From the NCBI GenBank assembly GCA_051294375.1, contig CM119264.1, forward strand, positions 15,649,473-15,713,472: 64,000 nucleotides of DNA. Reading direction: 5' to 3'. The position numbers and the translations under genes were made by a program. Of this stretch, positions 13,278 through 44,008 are shown in pieces. Under the pieces are notes generated by a model, which was not told the DNA's origin, searched no databases, and saw only the letters and a program-made list of their open reading frames with translations. This DNA comes from Paraspadella gotoi (taxonomy: Eukaryota; Animalia; Chaetognatha). Position 1 is the first letter of the stretch. Each line of letters opens with the position of its first letter.

Positions 13278-13605
13278 GAGCTGGCCCCCCGCTTCTGGAC
13301 AAAGGAAATAAGTGACGATGTGACCGGGTCATTGGCATGTCATAGGTCATTTGGATATTGAGTTCCCAGACTTTATGGACCTCGTCATATTAGGGTCGGG
13401 CAAAGATCCTCTTGGAAAAATGCCTTTGGGTACTTCATCTGACCTGATATGTCTGCTGGCTGCCCTCTTCTTGCCTTAAGACAAGGCGGGCTAAAGTTTG
13501 TCCTTGGTTCCTTGGCATTGGGAGTGAGACCTTACCCTTCCTCTAACTGTAGCCGCCTTTTATGTCGGTCGGTGGGTCAGTTGGTAAGGTAAGGTTAAGG
13601 TAAAG
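13278..13605 (+). mobile_element. SINE-like or internally deleted RTE-like element with a (GTAAG)n tail
   Basis: About 320-bp GC-rich unit ending GGTAAGGTAAGGTTAAGGTAAAG. A diverged relative lies on the minus strand at 47050-47355. Confidence 0.45.
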
Positions 13606-14299
13606 ACCTTAAGCGTGCATAAGTATCCTACTTTTCTGACACAGAATTCAATGCAGCATAACTCATGAAATACTGTGCCTTAAACTAGATTGTAAAATCC
13701 TGATAAATAATCAAAATATTTTAAAATGTAAAAGTAAAATTTTAGTTAAATGTTATTTTATATAAAGTAAATAAACTATTAATTATGTGGGGAGTAAATG
13801 TTTATCTCTTACTCTCGTATACTCTCTTATACTCCTTGTCTACATTTAAGTACAAATCGTGTTCTCATACGTAAGATATTATGCATCATCCATAATCTAT
13901 AAACAATTTTCTTTTGTTTGAGTCCATAACCATTATTCTATCTTTAATAGTTTATTTATAATTAATTCTTCTTTATTAAAATATTATTTTAATTTTGTTT
14001 CAAATAATTTAAATTAAAAAAAATTAAAACTATGCCAGAAAAATTTTATATTATAAGAGACTTACCTACCTAATACATATATAGTAAGTTTATTATGATG
14101 ATGTTTTGACATAGAAAATAAATAATTTATAAAATTAAATATATGAAAAAATTTATAACTTTGAATTTTTTTTAGCATAATTAACATAATTTTTAATTAA
14201 TTGTTCATGATGCTTTTAATAGCTACTGGTCAGTAGTATCCTTTTCAATTATAATTATTTTATAACTTTTTTATTTTTAGTAATACTGACTGCTATATT

Positions 14300-14970
14300 T
14301 GTAGTCGGCATGCCTAGGTCCACCCCGCCTAGAATCATGACACTTTCAGTTGTGACCCGCGTGCTCATTGAGTAAAGCCATCAGCTCATGACCACTAGGT
14401 ACCGGGTTGGATTGAACCTGCGGGAAGCGTCGAGGACGGCCGTAAGCCGCCTTGGGGGCATGGCAGACCTCAAGCCTGGTTCCAACCCGTTCCATGGCTG
14501 CTAGAGGGTTATAGAAGTTACGGACAGTCATCTTTCAGCCCACGTAGCGCCTTATCCACACTGGTGAGCCCATACCTGCTATTCGAAGCGTTATTATCCA
14601 ACCTGATTCAGCCCTTGGTCTAGCTGAAGATTGCTCCCCTCCCTCCACAGGAAGCAGTGCGGGTGGGTTACAAAATCTGGGGGCGGCATGTAGTCGGGCA
14701 TTGCTAGGGTCACCCCGCCTAGATAAATTCATGACACTTCAGTTGTGACCCGGTGGCTCATTGAGTAAAGCCATCAGCTCATGACCACTAGGTACCGGGT
14801 TCAATCCCAACCCAGTACCTACCCTGCGGGAAGCGTGAGGACGGCCGTAAGCCGCCTTGGGGGCATGGCAAACCCTGGTTCCAAGCCCAGGGACCCGTTC
14901 CATGGCTGCTAGAGGGGGTTATAGAAGTTTACGGACAGTCATCTTCAGCCCATGTAGCGCCTTATCCACA
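14300..14970 (+). mobile_element. TRIM, family A, with tRNA-like LTRs
   Basis: LTRs 14300-14560 and 14689-14970 (TGT..ACA), PBS TGGTGAGCCC at 14562, G-rich PPT, 4-bp TSD TATT. A box TGGCTCATTGAGT and B box GGTTCAATCC in the 3' LTR. Confidence 0.85.
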
Positions 14971-15634
14971 TATTTACTTACTTTTAACAAAATCCAAAAA
15001 TTACTGGTATTAAAAATTATGTATGAAACAGACAAAAACTTTTTTTTTAATCACATGCAATTTAATTTTTTGAACTGATATAATATTATCCTTGGACAAA
15101 ATTTAAAAAGTTTTAAACAATCCCAACTAGACATTTTTAAGGCCAAAAGTAAGGTTGTTTAAAAAAACTGCAAGATGCAAAAAAGTAATAAAAAAAGTTA
15201 TTTTCTTGAATATCTTTTGAAAAAAAAAGAGGGAGCAAGGTGGGTGTGGTATCAAATTAAAGCCCTAATCATGGGACACATTTTTAGAACAGTTTTGTTA
15301 AATTTTATCCATAAATCTTTACACAGCTTTTTATTTAAATACGAATTAAAAGTATAACAGTTTTTTGCATTACAACGATAAAAATATGTATTAAAGCAAA
15401 AAACTAATACTGACGGAGGCAATTAAGGTTAAAAAAATCTAAATTAAAAATATTAAAAATTATATTAATTAATAAAAGATTGTAAAATGAATAATAACTC
15501 ATCGTCTGATTAGTGATTACCGCTGAATGATCGTGAGCAGATCCGGCATAATTTGCTCAAACTTGTTTTAGGCAATTTATATACAATTTTTGCATATACT
15601 GAAAAATGTTTGTATAGAAAACCTTGAAACATAC

Positions 15635-33571
<17,937 letters not shown>

Positions 33572-34234
33572 GATAGTTTTAAAACTTCCTTATTTTGTCT
33601 AAGAAAAATTGTTTAAAAAAAATAATATTAAGAGTTTAAGATGACCCAGTGATAAAAATGATATCATAAGCTTATAGGTAAAAAGAATTTAAATTTTAAG
33701 TTTTTTTTTGCACGAGAAAATGACGAAACAAATCTTTTAATATAACGGAAATAAAAATTTAAAAATGAAAAAAAATTTTAAATGATCTTACCTAAAATTT
33801 ATATTATTTTATTTTTGCAACAAAAAATAATTTTTACTAAATTTTTATTTTTTATTATACAAAACTAAAATTTTAGGTTTAAGACTTATTAAACAAAAGT
33901 TTTCTAAGATTAATTTTTTTTAATACTTTTAAAACAAAAAAATCAAAACTAAATTTTATTCTTATAAAAACAAAATTATAATAACTTAATATTTATATTT
34001 ATCCTTTAAAAATATTGATATTGTTAGATCCAAAAACTCGCGAACCGAGATATCCGAGTTCAAATTTTACTTCGACATAAGGATTTATTGTTTGGATCAT
34101 TTCATCATTCGTGCTTTAATTTATTAATTAATTTTTAAATTTATATTGATTTTTATAATTATTTTAAATATTTAAATAATAATTAAATTTATTTTAATTA
34201 CTATTTTTATATTTGAGGTAAAAAATAGTTTTTT

Positions 34235-34435
34235 TACGTACGAGTTTAATAAAAAAAATTTCAGATATGTTTCAGCTTCAATATAAGCTTTCATCAGGGC
34301 AAAAACAAATCTTCAAACTTCAAAGTCAGTAAAAATATTTGTTTCATTAATCAAATTGTTTTTATTCTGATGAAAGTTTATATTAAAGCCAAAACATATC
34401 CAAAATTTATTTTTTAATAAAACTTATTGTACGTA
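34235..34435. repeat. Palindromic pair of degenerate hammerhead motifs within a roughly 650-bp repeat family
   Basis: A minus-strand and a plus-strand CTGATGA..(G/A)AAAC motif in inverted arms. Paralogues at 35520-35970 and 50960-51195. Confidence 0.65.
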
Positions 34436-35735
34436 TACAAAACAAAAAAAGAAAAACAATATTTTAATATATTTTTTAAAAGATTAACAATTGGGCTAAG
34501 GTTGGTTAGGGATTAAGGATGGTTAGGGTTAAGGTTGGTTATGGATTTGTAATAATAATTTTTTTTACCCAAACAAATATCTATTTTTTATTTTTGTATA
34601 ACGAGATTTTTATACGTCGCTCATAAGCGAAAAAAAATAACCAACCGCAAAATCCTGGTCGGTGAATGTAACAAGTTTGAGCAAACAATGTCGGATCTGC
34701 CCACGATCATTATCGGTAATTAATTAATAAATAATTATTTAATTAATAATTAATTTATTCAAGTTAATTATTTTATTAATTATGCAACGAATTTGATCCA
34801 AAATGTTTGTTTTGATTGATTAATTAACTGATTAATTAATTTATTGATTAATTGACTAATTGATTAATTAACTAATTAATCATTTAATTAATACATCTTG
34901 CATTTACATTTAAAATAAAAAGAAAAAGAAGCATAATCAATTAGTGAAACAGGTTCTTTGTTTTTTCCATTTAAACTCATTTCCACTCAAACAATTCCAT
35001 CGAAACTTGATTTCTAGTTTAATCACACACTTTTCCACCCAAATACAAAAGTTTTTTGCTAAGGTGGGATGGACGGATGGACGGACAGAGACGGACGGAC
35101 GGACATCGTTTTTCTTGCATAATTTATCATAATTCCGACTAAAAATAATTCCGACTAAAAATAATTGGTATAACCAATATAATAATTATTTATAATTAGA
35201 ACCAACTTAATTTAAAGGATCAAACGCTATGCTTTCAGCTTTTTACCCCCCTGGTCACTTGGTCCCCTTAAGAGGATTTTAGGGTAACTTTACTATTCGA
35301 CGTACGCAACCATCTTTAGCTACCATCAGTCGGTGCTTTGTTAATCCATTTAATTTTGTTTTCCCTCTCATTTTTTTGGTTCAGCAATATAAATTTTATA
35401 ATAAATAATAATTTTTTAAAATTTATTTTAATTGTCATGAATTTAAAAATTGTACCTGTACTCTCATGTGAAATTTTTTATGTATTTTAATTGCTATTTT
35501 TATGTTTGAGGTAGATAATTGTTTACATACGAGTTTTATAAAGAAACAAATTTCGGACATGTTTCAGCTTCAATGTAAGCTTTTATCAGCGCAAAAACAG
35601 ATTTGTGAAACAAATATTTTTACAGTCTCTCTCTCTTTCTTTCTTAAAACTTCAAAATATTTGTGAAAATATTTGTTTCACAAATCAATTCGTTTTTGTG
35701 TTGATGTAGCCAAAACATGTCCGAAATTTATGTTT

Positions 35736-35941
35736 TGTGGACGACACAAGTTTCACTTTCAGAGTAAGAATGAATTTATTCTTCAACAAGTTAATAACAA
35801 TATTAATAACAGTCAAGAGGCTCAGATGCTAGGTCTATAACAAAGTCAGGATTGACCATAAAGAAACTGGGAGAAACAATCGAGGGTAAGGTGAAAGGTA
35901 AGGTCACGGGTTTGACCGAGGTTGCGTGTTGTTCGTCCACA
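35736..35941 (-). mobile_element. Solo LTR
   Basis: TGTGGACGA..TCGTCCACA termini, 4-bp TSD GTTT, AATAAA on the minus strand. Confidence 0.75.
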
Positions 35942-37486
35942 GTTTCTTAATAAAACTCGTTGAACGTAAACAAACAAGAAAAAGAAAGGAAAGGAAAAAC
36001 AATTTTTTCATATTATATTTTTTAAACGGTTAGCAATTGGTTAGGGTTAGGGGTGGTTGGGAATTTGTAATAAAAAGTTTTACCCTCAGAAAAAAATATT
36101 TTTCACAAAAAAAATTTAATACTACCATCTTGGAAAATGAATAAGTCGCCAAACTTCTCGATCATTTTTAACATCACCTTCCTAAAATAATCAAAAGAAA
36201 AAAATTATATTTCCAGAAAGCTTGGCGATTTTCGATCAAATGGAGCCGGTTTATGTTAGATTATGATTAAAATTGCCATCAGGGCAGAGGAAAGAAAAGG
36301 AGATCGAAAATAAATTTGCTTTCTTTTTGCGTTTGGCGTATTTCAGATTTTAATAATTTTTTCCTTCATTTTTTTTTATTTTATCCACTGTTAGGGTATT
36401 GCACAAACAATTTTAAAAATACTGATTTTCTTTATTCCGATGGTTTTAAGCCTTATATTAAGTCTAACAAAGTGTACTTTAATCGTTAATTCCAAGTTTG
36501 ACTGTTAAATATTTGATTTACGCCAACTGATTTACGTCAATTTGGAGTACGTTTCTGCCTCCTTTCTGCTGTCAAGGATATTCAGCAAAAAATTTTGAAA
36601 ACGCTTTTTTTAGTCGGATCTGCTTATCAGCAGATCCCGACAATATTATTCTGAACAGAGCTGCTTTGAACAAGTTAGCTTATACCACCCTTAATCTATC
36701 GACTTGCACCCCACTGGCGGAATTGTATCGTATGAAAAGATAGAAACAGTGTATATGCCACGTATAACAGCGGGGTGGCAAACCAATTTTCGATGGAATC
36801 TTTTGAGTGGAAAGAGTTTAAATGGAAAAAAACAAAAACCTGTTTCACTAATTGATTATGATCTTTTTCTTTATATTAAATGTAATGCAGGAGTATTAAT
36901 AAATAATATTAATCAGGTTAATTAATCAATATAGTCTAATTATTAATCATAATAATTAATTAATTTATCTAAGTCACCCTCCATCAATCCGTCTATCCGT
37001 CCCACTTAGCAGAAGCTTCCAATAACTCTGGATTGCTGGTTGGATTGGAAAGAAATTCTTTGTGCTGGGTATGGGGGAAATGTGGATAAAGCTGGATATA
37101 AAATTTGACGGAATCATGTGAGTTATAGAGGATAGAAAACCATAAGTGCATTACTAAAAATATTTTTAATTATTTACTATAAGTACTCTAGATTAATATA
37201 ATTGTGGATAGATTGAGTAAAATTTTGTGTGGGTAGATAATGATTAACGATGCTTGATATAAAGTTTCGGTGGAATACGTACGAGTGGAAAATTTAAATG
37301 AAAAAAATATGAGTCACATTTACTTGAATCTTTTTACTTATTTAAACCATAATAGATTTGAGAGTGAAAGTTTGTGAGCGGGTAGGAAGTGTGTGAAGAG
37401 CTGATATAAAGTTTTGACGGAATTTGCCAGTGGAATGAGTTAAAATGGAAAAAGCATAAGTTAATTACTTGAATCTTTATTATTAT

Positions 37487-37519
<33 letters not shown>

Positions 37520-40500
37520 AGAGAGCAGAAAAATGAGCAATAGGATGTGGCTAATTGCAAAAGAGAGAGAGAAGCAGAAAAATGAGCATAGGATCGTTGC
37601 ATATTTGCAAGAGAAGAGAGAAGAGGAGAATAAAGAAAGAGAGAGGTCCAAATAATGTCCAAGTTATTATCATTGTTAATCAATCCAAGTAGAAGCAATG
37701 ATATACAAACGGCATTGAACGGCATTGGTAAAGGCATTGAATCGGCATTGAACGACATAGAAACGCAATGGAACGCATTGAACGCTGGATATAAAAAAGA
37801 TAATATAAACAATTAATAAAAGCTTAATATATAAATTAAATCAAGTAAAGAAACATTAAAAAAACCTGCTTCACGACTCTAAAAGACGAGAACTACTATA
37901 TAATTCTTACTTTCCTCTCACAGGTAAGCTTTCTTCACTTAGATATATAGTAAAACGTTTTAGGCAAAAAAGCAACGATTTTTGGGAAACTTGAACACGG
38001 AAATATTTAACAGGGTTTCTGTAGAGCTTAGAAGTTAAATGAAAGTTTAGTACTATAATTTTTCAAATTTGACAATAAAATTGGTTAAAAATAGAAAAAC
38101 CTTAAAAATTATCATCATCATCATTATTGCGGAATTTTGTTTTTTTTAATTTTCATAATAAAACAGAAAAAAAAAGTTGTATTAATAACCTTTATCTAAC
38201 TTTTAAAGCTCTATCAGAATCTATAAAAAAAATTGATAAGCAAAATTTTAAAAATTATTTTCATTTTCATATTATTTAATAGTCGCTTAACCATTAAACC
38301 ATTTGAGAGAACTTCAAGTTTTCAACCTGTTCCGGCGCTAATATCTAGTAAGGCGGGCCAAAATTGAACACTTTTTCTAACTCCTAGTTCTCTTTAAAAT
38401 TTTTTTTTCCTTTTACTACTAAATCGATTTTCAATGTAACTTTTGATTTAGTTCATTGGGTTGTTGCACTGAAGCTTTTTTAAATATTTATTAATATATA
38501 ATAATTATTAAAGTTTGACGGATTGTGCCAGTGAAATGAGTTTAATGGAAAAACATAAGACACATATACTTGAATCTTTATATTAATGATTACTAAAAAT
38601 GTTTAATTAATTAATTAGTTAATTAATTAATTAATGTTGAAAAATGATGCAATTAAAAAAATCTTAAAAGCATAAAGATCGTCGCAATTGCATAAAAAGA
38701 GAGAGAGAGTGAGAGAGGACAAGGAGACATAAAATAAAATAAAGGATATTGTTTGTTTTTGAGATAAAATGCAAACAAAACATATTTAATAACTGTCCTA
38801 ACCCAATTTTAAGGACATCGATGATGATAAGTTGAATATAAATTTAAAATTAATTATTACATATTAAATTAATTATTAATTAATCGATTAATTAATTAAT
38901 TAATTAATTATCGTAGGCAGATCCGACATTGTTTGCTCAAACTTGTTTAATTAAAAATACATAGTAGTATTGGATTCAGATTTGATTTCTTTTTTTTTAC
39001 GTGTTTGTTGGCGCTGGTGGCGTAAAAACTAGCAAACAAAACATTATTTCCTAGTTACATATGTGGCGTTAATGATTTTCCAAAAAAAATTTTAAAATAT
39101 TCATTTAAATAAGTGCAAATGTTTATATTTAAATTTGGAAAAGAATTGTGGCGTAAAATGGCGTGAAATGAAGGCAAAACCGTTTAATATGATATCATGA
39201 TGTGGCATAAAGACTTTTTGTTTATTTTCTAGTAAAACTACTCGGTTAAGAAAAAGGGTCATTCAATTCAACTTTAAAATAGGCTAAAATGGAGTACAAA
39301 TTCAGAAAGCTGAGCTCTTGGCGATTCCGAAAATGTATTCACTTTAAGCATTTGATGCATTCTACCCCACTTTCTATATCGGTTTTAATTATAATAAAAT
39401 AAAAGAAACCTATCTGAAGAGTTGCAGGTCAAACGAAAAGGCCAATCCACCTGATATTTTTTATGAATTTTTATTACCGAATTAGAAAAATGTAATAGAG
39501 AGACATTTTTAAATTTCAACTTGTATTGTTGAAAATGAAACGTTTTTAAACTTTAACCCTGATTCTTTCTAACTGGAACGCATTTATCAAAATGTCTCTC
39601 TATTACATTTTTACAAATGTTTTGAAGATTGCTAATCAAATTTTTAATCAATATTATTGCAGTCGTTTAGGCTGCAACTCTTCAAATTCAGTGTAGATTC
39701 ATTGTAGCTCGAATTTCTTTACCATCTATTAACTGAAGATTTTGTCATAGACTGGAAAACCAACAGAGTAACGACGATNNNNNNNNNNNNNNNNNNNNNN
39801 NNNNNNNNNNNNNNNNNNNNNNNNNNNNNNNNNNNNNNNNNNNNNNNNNNNNNNNNNNNNNNNNNNNNNNNNNNNNNNNNNNNNNNNNNNNNNNNNNNNN
39901 NNNNNNNNNNNNNNNNNNNNNNNNNNNNNNNNNNNNNNNNNNNNNNNNNNNNNNNNNNNNNNNNNNNNNNNNNNNNNNNNNNNNNNNNNNNNNNNNNNNN
40001 NNNNNNNNNNNNNNNNNNNNNNNNNNNNNNNNNNNNNNNNNNNNNNNNNNNNNNNNNNNNNNNNNNNNNNNNNNNNNNNNNNNNNNNNNNNAGATTAATT
40101 GCTTAATTCTCCCCTTCTAAACTATCCCATATCGTGTTTTGACTTCTTACCTAGAATTTTTTAAAAACCAGATTGAAAAACAAATCTTTAAAAAATGTGC
40201 TTACCCATTTAACTTAACAATTTTGTTATTTACCCATTTAAAAAAAATTATTGAAAACGGAATGTTTACATATAAATAAGAACTTATTTTTTTGTGATTA
40301 CTGATGACTATAATGTATTTCTCGATATATTAGCTCTAACACATCAATGATTACGTATTGTTATGCTGAATGACCTTTCCTCTTAAGTTGATTTAAATAT
40401 TTTTCCGTCCTTTTTTATACAGGTTTGGCGTAGAATGGCGTAAAATGAACAGAAAACCATATTAATATCATTTAATTTTGTGGCATAACTTTTTTTCATT

Positions 40501-41398
40501 TTCCAAATAAAGCTATTAAGATGCTTTTGCATAGAATGGCGTAAATTGACGTAAAACTGCGTCACTTTATCCCCTCATCTCTTTCCCTTTCCTCCCTTTT
40601 CTTTTCTCTTTTATTTTCATACAATCTCCGATTCTAAATCGATTATTTTTCAGTTTTAATTATTTAAAATCAAAGAAAAAAGAATACCGAAAATAAATCT
40701 CAAATCATAGATAAAAAGAAAGATACACCACGTAAAAGTCAGTGGACCGATTTTATTAAAAGTATCAGAAATTGTGGATCCACAATGGTTCTTTAGGTTT
40801 ATATTTGAACTTGGTTAAAAAAAGACTATAAATAAAGATATTACCCATTATAATAATTATAGGTATCATGTATATTTAGCAAAGGAGGAAATGTAGGCAG
40901 AAAAAAGGCATGATAAATCTTAAGATCATAACAAATATATTATATCAGTTTCATACATATTGATGATTCATAGGCCTTAATATACAATAGGAAAGATGAT
41001 ATAAAATGACTATCGCTAGAACTGCTGCTGGCGCATTTTTGCGCATCATTTTTGGGAATCAAGAATGATCAATTTGTTGAGAGAAAATCCAGTTGCATCT
41101 CCTGTAACCAGAGGTTTTGCGAGGAAAGCCTAGTTTTTGCGCAACAATAAAAATAAATATTGCTTTCTGTACTATTACAATATTTTTCTTATTTGAAAGA
41201 TTCTTTTTTGGTTTTTAGTTAGACTTACCCTTACAGTACCCAGATTTAAAAAATAAAATTTTTCTTTTTAGTATTTTCCATACAGTAAATATTTCAAAAA
41301 GCCTTGTTTTTTGGAATCAAATTCCCTATTATTTTTCGGCCGATAGAAAAATAAAAATTTCGTCGAATACTGCTAATCCCTAACACTATTTTTTTATT

Positions 41399-42792
41399 AT
41401 GTCTCAACGTTGGCATTTTACAAGTGATCAACGTGCATCTATAATTGAATTGAACAAAGCGGGTATCAAGAATACTTCCATATCTAAGCAGCTAAGAGTG
41501 AATCCTCGAAGTGTGCAGCGGCTGGTCAAGTCTTACCGTGATGCTGGCAACTCTAAAAGAGAGGTTCCGGGAAGCGACGGGCCACAACCAAGGCTCAGGA
41601 TAGACAACTGGAGAACTTGGCACTACAAAACCGATTCGATTCAACTGTGAGCCTTCGGAAAAAGTGGATGACGAAATCTGGAGTAAAGGTTTGCCGTAAA
41701 ACTGTGAACAACCGTTTGGTGGAACGAGGGATTCGGGCGAGAAAACCACGACGAAAGCCACTCAAAACTGCTGCAATACGTCAAAAAAGATTATCTTTTC
41801 GAAAAGTCATCAAGACTGGTCAGTTGCTCATTGGTCCCGAGTTTGGTTCAGCGATGAATCCTGGTTTCAACTAAGAGAAAATGGGAGGATTCAACATGTT
41901 CGACGTCGCGTCGGCGAAGCATTGCATCCTAATTGCATATTGCAGACGGTTAAGCAGCAACCGAAGGTCATGGTGTTCGGTGCAATCTCTTCCCGTGCCA
42001 AGTCAAAGTTAATCTTCATTTCGGGACGCGTTGATGGCGCCAAATACAGAGAAATTCTGGAGGAAGCGAAGATAAAGGAATTCGTCCGAGGTGGAGTTTT
42101 TAAAGAAGACAACGCCCCTCCGCATCGAGCCAAGGAGACAAAAGAGTGGTGTATAATAAGACGGCACGATACGGCGCCGCTGGCATAGCACTGGGCATGG
42201 CGGACGCTTAGCGTCGGGACGCCGATTAAGCGAACCGGCGCTAAGAATCCACGCGTAGGGATTTAGAGACGCGGTGCCGAGGACACGGAGCAGAACGAGA
42301 TTTGAATTATTTTTCCTTTCTTTAATTTATGCTAAATTATGTCACTTAGTCTATGGGAAGCCTAAGATGTGAGTTTAAATGATAGTTATAATGATAATAA
42401 GTATTTAAATAATTTAGGTATTAAACTTCTCCCTCTACTTGTTGTACATAATGGCTAATATACACTGTTGAACGTAGTAAAGTGGTTGTCGCTGATAGGA
42501 CGCACAGGAGAGTACACATTACTAAGTTGATAAGTGGCATCGCCAAAATGGGGTTAAACTTCTACCTGACTGGCCTGGGAACTCTCCGGATCTCAATCCG
42601 ATTGAAAATGTGTGGTCAGAGATGAAAAATCGACTGAGAAACGAACGTCCAACATCTCTGCAAGCCATGAAACGACTTATCAAAAAAGTTTGGGATAACC
42701 TCTCCTTGGAATACCTGCAGTCGCTCTATGAATCAATGCCGAACAGAATAAATGAAGTTGTGAAGAGCAAGGGAGTTCACACTACATATTGA
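41399..42792 (+). pseudogene. Tc1-family transposase pseudogene (frameshifts plus a 383-bp insertion)
   Basis: HTH N-terminus, RKPRRKP linker, WFSDES, FKEDNAPPH and [15 protein letters not shown] motifs spread over three frames. Confidence 0.92.
42150..42532. mobile_element. Solo-LTR-like insertion in the transposase
   Basis: Flanked by an AGTGG duplication. Removing it restores [15 protein letters not shown]. Confidence 0.7.
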
Positions 42793-43178
42793 TACCCATT
42801 TTTTCTGTTATATTTAAATTTTAATATACAATTAACTTTTAAATTTGGCGACTTATTCATTTTCCAAGATGGTATAATCTATGCTCAATTGTTCATGATA
42901 AATTATTTTAACGTTGTATGAAATTGGTACAACCAATATAAAAATTATCCATTCATTTAATAAATAAGCTATCTTGCCCCTGACTTTGGACAGGCTTTGG
43001 TAGTTTAAGGCCTCCATCACTCTTACAAGATAATTACATAGCAGGTCCCTGCAAGCTTTCAATCAAGACTCTCTCACAGTCCCGTTTATTCACTCCCAGA
43101 GTACCTGGCTTCCCTATCAATGAAGTGGAAAATATTTCAAAGAATGTTTCAATTGTATGAAAAGACCACTCCCTTTGA

Positions 43179-44008
43179 TGTTAGATCCAAAGACTCGCGA
43201 ATCGTGATATCTGGATCATTTCGTCATTCGTCTTTAATTTATTCATTGGTTTTTGAATTTATACTAATTTTTGTAATTCTTTTGAGTGTTTTAATAATAA
43301 TTTTAATAATTATTCTTTATTGTACTGTTTGAATATCTATATGCTTTGATTACTTTATTAAGGTACTCTTTTTAAACTCTTCATAAACTCAGAACTAGAG
43401 ACTATTTGATAGTCGATCTGCTCAAGCCACTGTTAGATCCAAAGACTCACAAATCGTGATATCTGTGTTTAAACTTTATTACGTCGTCACAAGGATTTAA
43501 CGTTTATTTATGATCTTTTCTCTACATTCGTCATCGTCGTGATTCAGTTATTTTGTCGAAATTCAGTATTTTTTCAGTATTATTCATTGCGTTCTGAATC
43601 CTTACGTTTTCTTTATATAATTCATTGTAATTCTTTTGAATGTTTGAATAGTGATTTTTGATATTATTTTGTGTACTGTTTGAATATCTATATGCTTTGA
43701 TTATTTTATTAAGAAACTCAAAGATTAAGAGATAAACTGTTTGATATCTTCGTCGATCCACTCCGGCCGCCAATTCTTGCCTTTGAAGGGTTTCCCCGAA
43801 CGACCGAAGCGGCTCGCCGATAGAAGTTCCTCGAATCAAAGATTCTCGGGGGCGTTTTCTGGAGGGACGGACCGGCGGGTCCTAACACCACCTTTGAAGC
43901 ATCTCTGGACTACCGAAGCATCTCGCCGGGGTTGAGGAGTTTCTTCAAATATTCTTCGAATATTCTCGAGGGCGTTTTAGGAGGAGGACGGACCGGCGGG
44001 TCCTAACA
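43179..44008 (+). mobile_element. LTR (TGTTAG..CTAACA) followed by a PBS-like TGG, containing a same-family solo LTR at 43431-43887
   Basis: The inner copy is flanked by a CCAC TSD. Fragments of the family occur at 34022 and about 53180-53258. Confidence 0.75.

Larger units (their letters stand above)
36125..42872 (+). mobile_element. Tc1-like DNA transposon expanded by nested insertions
   Basis: 29-bp perfect TIR CCATCTTGGAAAATGAATAAGTCGCCAAA with TA flanks. Encloses a transposase pseudogene and spans an N gap. Confidence 0.8.

Noticed and set aside
14747-14810. Functional tRNA genes (also about 19440-19510 and 32065-32135)
   Set aside because: Anticodon and acceptor stems are imperfect, and each sits at a fixed position inside an LTR.
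37705-37790. CRISPR-like or regulatory array (AACGGCATTG)n
   Set aside because: A short degenerate ~10-bp minisatellite without spacers, in a eukaryotic context with no cas genes.
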